Shown: in pieces, positions 54,858 through 64,000 of the stretch | Layout of the letters: every line of letters begins with the position of its first letter | Numbering within the stretch: position 1 is the stretch's first letter | Source: the human T2T-CHM13v2.0 reference genome, Homo sapiens | NCBI RefSeq assembly: GCF_009914755.1 | Contig: NC_060928.1 | Strand: one strand, 5' to 3' | DNA length: 64,000 nt | Position numbers and translations under genes: made by a program | The notes under the pieces: model-generated | The model's input: the letters and a program-made list of their open reading frames with translations, nothing else | Database searches by the model: none | Told to the model about the DNA's origin: nothing

Positions 54858-56792
54858 TGTCATTCATTAAAAGTACTGTGCTTTCTTTGCAGTTTAAGGG
54901 AACAAGGTGGGAGAGAGAGCATGTGAGGTAGTTGCAACAATAAACTGCCTCTTTCAGTGAAGCAGCCAGGAGTTCTTTGAAACATTGTCTACCAAGTGTA
55001 ACTGCCATTGTTATGGCTCAGTATTTCTTGTGTTAGAAGACTTTCTCTGTGTAATTGGTATTGTACAACATATTTCTCAGTCATTTTTTTCATTATCATC
55101 CTCTGTTTATATACTGTATGTATATCTGTGATTTATGCAGTTAAAAAGTAAGTTTTTTTCACTCCTCCCCACCAGAAGAATCAATTTTCAATCCCTTGGA
55201 GACAATATTGCCCTCATCGAGAATGCTGCACAGAGGGGTTTCATTACTGCCACCCACTTCTACAAGAACAAGTGTTGTTTTGAAAGTATTTTTTATTTTT
55301 TCCTATAGGCATGTGGCTTCTGTATATGGCAGATTTGATGGAACTTTCAGTCCTGGCTGCCCTTCCTTTTGCAGCACTTTCTTAAAGCATCTGACATGTG
55401 GATGGTTTTCTAGTTTTTAATCCTTTTCCAATTTTTAATCACTAAATCAAATTTCCCTCCTCTCCTATATTCCTTTTTCTTTTCATGGGAAATCTAGTGG
55501 TGATGGATAGAGGGGCTATACTTACAGAATTATACCACCACCTTACTCAGAAATCCTTGTGGCTGTTTCTTAAGAAGATTATAGAATACAACCATAGGAA
55601 TGGCATTAAAATGAAAAGCAGCAAATGTTTTTCTTCAGAAAGCTGGATAACTTAGTATGGTTGACAATTCGTAGGAGAAATAGTAATGCTATACGTCAAA
55701 CCTGGGATAATCATTTTGTATTAATGCCACTTTCTCTGCACACCAAAGTCACTCTTCATATTAATTAGAACACAGATGATAATTTAATGTGATTTTATGC
55801 ATTATATGTTATGTATAATGTAGGGAGCTATTTTTTTCTGCCTCGAAGATTGCCATCACTTAATGATCCAAATAATTTTAATTTTTGAATTACAATTTTC
55901 TTGCTTAGAACTCCAGTGTAACTGTGGAAAAGAGTGATAATCAGATTTGTTTACATTATATTTCATATACTTAGAGTAGGCCGTACTATTGCCTCAGGAG
56001 CCTCAAAGCCATTAGAAAGCCATAATGCTTAGTAGCTTGATCCAAGCATACGACATGGTAAGAAAATGAACGTTTCATTGTTCACAGCTGCCATTACATT
56101 CAGAATCCTAAGGTGAGGTGATTGTGAGTGATGATAAAATTAGCATATTTGGTATGATGTATTTAAATATAATTAAGTGCATTTCTTAAAATGGTTTCAA
56201 ATGTTTATAAAAATGTTAAAAATTTTGTAGTTCCTTTAGTTTACTTGTACTTTTCATTGTTTACATTACTTCTTACATTTCATTGTTTACATTAACCAAT
56301 TTGGGGAGAAAAAAATAAAAATGTAGTTTTCTGAAGGCTTTTTCCCCCCTTCCTTCTTTAGCAAACACCACACATCCTCATTTTATTTCAGATCTGAAAT
56401 GGCAAATGCTGCTTTAATAAGTGGTGGGATTTCTCCCTTGCTATGTCCCCTCGTTCTCCCTCTGTTCCTTTCTTCTTTCTTTTTTTATTTCTTCCTTCCA
56501 TCCAAGTAAACTGTATTTTATCTTTGACAAGTAAAAGGTAAGTGAAATAAAAAGATCAGCTGAAAATGTATTCCTGGCCAGATGGGAGTTATTCACATCT
56601 ATAACATCTGAAAAACATTCCCTTTATTCTTCATTATTGGTCCTCTTTTTGCTTTTTCTGGACATGGGGATATTAATTTCTTGATGCCTCTCTGCCCCGA
56701 GCTGAAAAAATGGTAAAATATAATGAAGAACTAGAATTTTCGCTTTAGCCTCTTGTGTCAATCTTTAAACTATATGTTCTAGTTTTTAATTG

Positions 56793-57165
56793 CAGATGCT
56801 CTTTGACTTGGAATGGGGTTATGTCTCGGTAAACTCATCATAAGTGTAAAATATCATAAATAAAAAATGCATTTAATACACTTAACCTGTTGAACATTAT
56901 AGCTTAGCCTAGCTTACCTTAAACATGCTCAGAATACTTACATTGGCCTGCCGTTGGGCAAAATTATCTAATGCAAACTCTATTTTGTAATAAACTCTTG
57001 AATATCTCATACAATTTATTGAATACTGTACTGAAAGTGAAAAGCGTAATCGGGTTGTATGAGTACTTGAAGTATGGTTTCTACTAAATGTGTATCATTT
57101 CCACACCACAGAAAAGTCAAAAAATTGTAAGTTGAACCATTGTAAGTTAAGTCAGGAAATATCTG
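56793..57165. mobile_element. MER47A (TcMar-Tigger MITE)
   Basis: Termini CAGATGCTC..GACTT / AAGTC..ATCTG followed by TA. Body 'atagcttagcctagcttaccttaaacatgctcagaa'. Confidence 0.85.
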
Positions 57166-57884
57166 TATTTACTTTCAACTAATAAGTTACTTATTAGGAT
57201 CCAAATAAGTATCAGCAATTGTGCTGGATGCTGTGTACCTGAAGAGTGGAACAGACATATTGTTCCTTCTCTATCTCTTTCATAAATAAACGAGTGTAGA
57301 AGAAAATCGACCCAAGCACTGTGATCGTAAGTCATTATTTGATAATGCCAGCACAAGGAGGCTTTGAAGTAACTTTCTTATTTAGGAAAGGAAGAAATGT
57401 TTTATAGGATCGTAGCAAGAGTAGGTCAGCAGAAGTTCATCAGGTTTAAGAAATTTATTGGCCAAAGATGGTTCTTTATAGAGGATGCATTGTTCTTGCA
57501 GATTAGCAACAACTTTCAGTCAGTTCGTGTTGTATCAAGAAAGGTGGAGAGGACTATAAGTCATGTGCAAGAGGAGATGGGGACAAACAGCTGCAGGGGA
57601 CAAGGACAAGGGAGGTCTTAGGTGAAAAGTCATTAGTCTTTCAAAGTCTCTCATTGAAGATAATTATGAAGTATTGATAAATGTGAGGAAATCAAGAATT
57701 GGAGATTCTGCTTTATTTTACCACAGAGTGCAAGGTAATCCTAAGAACATCAACACTTTTATGCAGATTGGTGAAAATTGCCAGAATGTTTGAAGACAAC
57801 ACCCATGCCTTACTCTGCTGCAGCTTCTATAGGAGTAAAGACAGGAAGTTGTACAAGTTAGTTATCCCACTGAGTGTGTGCTGT

Positions 57885-58185
57885 TATTCAAACTTACCCC
57901 ACAAACTTTATTGAGTTCTTCCAATGGACACAGTCTTTCTGTCATAATTTAGTGAAAGAAACAAACCTTACTAATCATGCTAATAAGCATATAACACAAA
58001 GTGAGAGATATATTGTGAAGAAGAGGAATAGGGTCTCTGAGAATACCTAGTAAAGTACCTTTACCCAAACTAGAGAGTGAAGGAAGACTTTCCTGAGGAA
58101 GTGACAGGAGGTGAGCTTTGAAAGTGAATAAGCATTGGAGAAGAGGACATGATTAGATTTGAATTTTGAAAGTTCACTGTTAGTT
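57885..58185 (-). mobile_element. L2 fragment
   Basis: 'ttattcaaac...tttattgagt' and 'aggaagactttcctgaggaagtgaca'. Confidence 0.55.
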
Positions 58186-60799
58186 TATCCTTACATGTTA
58201 CTTTAAAGTAAACTTGCAATCTAGATATTTTATTTTCTTTAATTTTTTATTGGGAAGGTGAATGATATTTTAAACATCAAAAATGCTTAATATTACTGTC
58301 TTAAATACAATCATGTTCAATTTTCTGTATTGCCTTCCAATTTGTATATACATGCATACATATTTTTATGGTGACATTCACAATAAATGGACAATTTTTA
58401 ATCTGTTTATTAAACTGAATATTTATCAAAAGCATTTTTCATTTTTTCCTTAGTCTATATACATAAACTTGGGAATTACTTTACTATATATCATCACTGT
58501 GACACTTTTGAATTTGTTAAGATATTTCCCTCTAGTTGGAAATTAATGTGTCCAGCGTTGGGGTTCACTGTATAAAGATTTTTGTTCCTGTTGAATTATG
58601 TTACTAAGAAAAAAATCCTATAGATGGGAGCACTGAATTATAGTTTTATCTTAGCAATATTCATCAATACATTTTGGTATTCCTGCTTTGGAAAATTTGC
58701 CATGCACCTTTTACTATAAAGAGTTTTAAACCTGTTTATTTGTATATACTTGCTTTGCATTTGTAGAAATGATCCATTTAATATTTTTTTTGGTGGAAAA
58801 AACATTTTTGTTTAAAAGGAAAAGAAGCAGCAAATATTTTCCCTGTCTTCTTTGCTAGAAAGAGATAATTGCACAATTGTGTACCAACCACTAGGAGTCA
58901 CTAGTTTACCACATCCTCACTGCAGGAGATTATACCTACAGTCCTATGCACAAAGCTAATTGAGTGGCGTTGAGAAAAGCCACACGTGGTGCAAATCTTA
59001 TTAAAATGCCAACACATTTGCTGCCTTAGAAAGAAAAAGAAGTATATGTACGCCACTCTTTCGGTCAATAAAATAAATTGGTGAATCAGGCAATGATATT
59101 TTAAATTTTTATGTTTTTTACCTTCTACCTCAAGAAACAGCATGTCACAAAAGTGTGGATGATTTTGTCCATAACAAAATATCAGGTTTGAAGAATTGAG
59201 GAATCCAGCCAGTTCTGGACAAGGTCTGATTGAGTCCGAGGACTTAGAAGTTGTTCAGTGCAACTCTGCAGTGTACTTGCTCAGGACTGATGTCATGCGA
59301 AAGGCTTTATCTACTACTATGGGTCCTACAGGAGAACACCTCAAATATAAGCATATGAGTTTTCAGGTTTCTTCATTATGCTACTTTATCACAGGCAGGA
59401 TTTAATCAATAGAGTGGTTATTATTTTTTTCAGACTAGTGTTACTTTAGAAGCATGCACAAAAAATTATATATTTCTTCAAGTATGTTTTAAAGATGAAA
59501 TTTAGAGGTCAAAATGATTTTATTAGAAGCAAAATTATTATGGAAGTGAAGTGGAGATTTAATTTTGTTTATAAATCCTGCTTTATATGTAGTGCTACAG
59601 AAATCTATCTTGAACCTAAATAAAGTTACGATCATCTGTCCTTGTGACTTGTGGTGCTCTGCTGTGGCTAATACCGTCTGATTAAAAATACACATTATGG
59701 CAGGATAGAAATAGCTTTGGTTACAAAATGACAGGGAACAAAGCAAAGACATAAATTTACTCCAGCCAGTGATATTTTATGGCCTTAGTAAGTCATCTTT
59801 AACTTTGACCTAAAGTTACTTGGAGAATAAATCAGCCTAGTTTTTCCAACTTGTGCTTTTTGATATGTGGCCTTTTAGTTTGCACAACAAAAAAATCTTG
59901 ACCAATAATCTATGCATTCTGAAGGTGTATTATGTAATTCTAGTAAAACAACAGCTTTGTCTGTGGTCAAGTTTTTTTTTTCAAATAGTCTATTCCATTT
60001 ATTGTGAATTTATACAGCAAAACTGTAAATCCTACAAGTGTAGGTTTATTGTAGACAGCTATCATCCTTAATTATCATGTTTTGAAGATGACTCTGTAGT
60101 GAACATGCAAAATTCCATCTATAAAGGAAGATTAAATAACATCCTGACAAAATAAAATATAAAGTCTAATAAATATAAATTTTATGTTAATATTTTATAT
60201 TAATAAAAGACACGTTAGTAATTATAAAAGTCTTACAATACGTATGTGTACACCTTTCTGTCTTATCCTTCACAATGGGATGGGCTGTCTTTGTTACAAT
60301 CTCTTGGCCACCAACTACTCTATGTTCTACTTCCTGAATATTATTTACTTCTGTTCCTTTTCCTTAATTCCCACTATATCAGTTCAGTCTCTTATGTTTA
60401 GTTGGTAGCCATTTTGACAATTTATTGAGAAAATAAATTTTATCCTTTGATGTCATTTATATGTATTTTAATTTATATAAATATGTACATATATTTGCAA
60501 ATATTCTATATTAATAGGTTATTACCCATAGGTAAGATACATTTGGGGTAGATGATGTCTTAAAATAGATTACTGAAAGTTGAAATTTGGTTTGCTTTTT
60601 TTCCCTTTATTTTTGTCATCTGTAGGACACTTCAAATATTTAGTGAAGCTTATTATTGATCACAGAGTAGATTAGCAAATTGTGATTTTAATGAGCAGAA
60701 ATCTAGTGTGTCTATTTACATAGGCAGTGTCCTGGCTAATATTCAAACTGTAACTAAAATCTATAGCAGAAGGGAATAATAATAAAAATATGTAGCTGA

Positions 60800-61358
60800 A
60801 AATGTATAAACCGTGTTTTTTTATTTTCTGTATCTTCTGAGGATTTAACATCTGGGACCTTGCTAACACTGGAGAGACTGCTCCTCCAGGGTCATCTAAT
60901 TCCTAGAGATAGCAAAGGACTTGCTCAAGAACGAGTCTTGATTGCAAATGAGTCTTGAATGCAAAGGAGCTCCTCCCCACAGTCACCTCCCCTATGGGAC
61001 TCTCACACTCAGGGTGCGCCATCTCCCTGATCACCCCAGGGCCCGGAATCAGAAAACTAGGGATGGCCTTTCTGTCCCAGAGCCCACTGAAGTTATTTAA
61101 AGCAGCCAATCGTAAGCCTGTTCACCCTGCCTTGCTTTTTCCATGGAAACCACAATAAAGGCCCCTGCCCTCATTTCTGCCTCTCTCCCTCTGCCTCCTA
61201 ATGATCCCAGTTCTTCCCTGTGTGGCTCCTGCATGGCATGGCGTGCCTCCTCCCTCCTCTCGGGAACTGTGAGTACAAACTCTCTTTTCCATGTCAATTG
61301 TTTTCTCATCTGTTGGCCTCACCATACCTGAATAATAATAAAACCTACATTTTAAAAT
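60800..61358 (+). mobile_element. ERVL-type solo LTR (MER74-like)
   Basis: 'acatctgggaccttgctaacactggagagactgctcctccaggg...aattcctagagatagcaaa'. CCAAT and AATAAA (about 61154) are present. The subfamily name is tentative. Confidence 0.6.
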
Positions 61359-61384
61359 AGAAGAGAATAATACTTTTTTAAAAG

Positions 61385-61570
61385 CGTATATTTCTTACTT
61401 TATGTCAGGCACAATGGTCCTTCCAGTTTGATGAGGTAAATGCAATTATTACCCCCATTTTCCAAATAAAGGGACTGAGGCTGGGTGAGCCTCATTTCAC
61501 AGCCAACATTTCACAGCCAGGAGATGATAGAGCAAAGTTTAAAACAGGGCCTTCTGAACGTGAGTCCATA
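61385..61570 (-). mobile_element. MIR SINE
   Basis: 'attattacccccattttccaaataaagggactgaggct'. Confidence 0.65.
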
Positions 61571-63307
61571 AAAATATGTTTCCTATCACTTAACTCTGCT
61601 CTGTTGAAAAACATCAGCAAATTCATCCACTTCCTTTCCATTCTTACTTTTCTTCTGTTGGCTGACCCCTTTCTTAATAAAGATAAACTTGAAAAGAATA
61701 CACCAAAACTTCTAATCTATAAATGGAGAGTGCCACATTTTTATTCATGTACAAATGTTCCATGCACATGTAATTAAGTAGAGTATAAATACTACCTCCA
61801 CACATCTGGAAAATAATAGAAAATATGGAAAGGACAGTCTCTGAAGACAATATCACAAAAACGCAAGTGAAAGATACATTGTAAAAATGTTAATGATTGA
61901 CTAAACATTGTCAAAATGGCCAGGCTTGTAAGGAAAAAAATGTCTGTTTGTGGTTCTTCATAAAAAATAAAGAAAACACAGCAGGTTTGCATTTGGGCCG
62001 ACATGCTTGAATTTCATGTTTGTGGCATTTCCTGACAGGACATCATCTGTCCCAAACATTTCATGTGTTCTGACTTTTCCATAAGGCAGAGGGTCTTGTT
62101 TCAAGGAATAATTACCTCTGAAAATGGAAATTTAAACAGAAGAAATGTTTTTCACCTTTTTGATCATTCTTCTTGACTATGGTCAATAGTTGGAATTTTG
62201 TGTGTCAGAGATAAGTTTTGAGAGTTTACTTTAAAAAATGATTGGCAAATTGGTAGATTTGGCTTTCCCAGGCATGCAATACAGCTAACATTGGTGACTT
62301 GATGTCCGGTACCTATATTAGATCCTTCTTGGCTGTCAAAAAGTATTTTAAGTCAATAGAACTTAGGAAGAAATGACTTCATAGGTGCACAATCCAGATA
62401 ACAACCGAGGTCCCTGACCACTTAGGATATAGGAAATATTAAAAGCTGCAAAACTGCATTCTTGGTGCATGTCCACTATTGAGAATGAAGGAGTGATGAG
62501 GGCAGGCAGGCTTGCATTCTTATGATCCTTTCTGCCTCAGGTGTATTTCTTCTTTGTATAGTCTGTGTCCTGCACTACAGTCAACCTTGATGTTAAATTC
62601 AGCTCATTTCTGGTTTCTCTGCACATCATACCTACAAAGCATGTGTGTATAGAATTTACTCAATGCTCAGAGTTGGGTGTGAGGAGAGACAAAGGAGGGT
62701 CTTGCTTTGTACTAAAAAAGACAGCTTCCACTTAAACATGAGCTTCTTCAAGGTCCTTCGACTGCACAGCCTTTCAGGCTTCTTCACCACACAGCCTTAG
62801 TTGGTCCCATCTTGTCACTGCACATACTGTCACCTCATCCTCACCTTTCCAAGTCTCTTCCATCCACTCCCCTTTCTTTGGAAGTAAAAACAAAGCATCT
62901 TTCTTTATTTCCTATACAACAGTGAGGCCATTCTCCTTTGCTGTCTTTGGCTCCTATGCCTCTCCCATCCTCAGGTCCACTTTTTCCCTCAAGATATCCC
63001 AAGATCAGGCCATTCTCCATAATTCAGATTTTTTCCTTAAAGTCTGATTGCTTGGTACAACTATTAGGAATTGTTAAAAACCCATTTAAAGTTTATTGCA
63101 CACTAAATTAAGAAAACAGCTTTAATTCACTAACAGTATCTAAAAAGTAGACAACTTGATGCAGCCTAAAGTACATGGTTGGCTCAATTGTTTGTATGCA
63201 TCGGTAAAAGACAATAAACCTACTAAATTCCTAAGATTGTTTGCTATCAGATGGTTGCTGGAATTTAGTTTCTGGTTAATGTGTCTTTGTTCACCTTTCG
63301 TGATACA

Positions 63308-64000
<693 letters not shown>

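Overview
This is human (primate) genomic DNA, AT-rich and dominated by transposable elements, not a prokaryotic locus. The one well-supported coding feature is a 243-nt exon at 26299-26541 (+). I recognise it as exon 2 of GRXCR1, the glutaredoxin/cysteine-rich hair-cell stereocilia gene (DFNB25, 4p13). The rest of the window appears to be intron 1 (left) and intron 2 (right). Those introns hold L1s of several ages, Alus (including a young AluYa5), MaLR/ERV LTRs, a two-LTR MSTA element, MIR/L2 and MER DNA transposons. Almost all short ORFs in the track are repeat-derived or chance. I found no new multi-gene system. The most interesting observations are small in scale: a 42-bp inverted self-copy inside an MSTA LTR, an extra internal-sequence stub beyond that element's other LTR, candidate poison micro/pseudo-exons, a latent splice donor at +18/+19, and young retrotransposon insertions with target-site duplications (TSDs). 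Repeat subfamily names are from recalled consensus sequences, and boundaries of old repeats are approximate.
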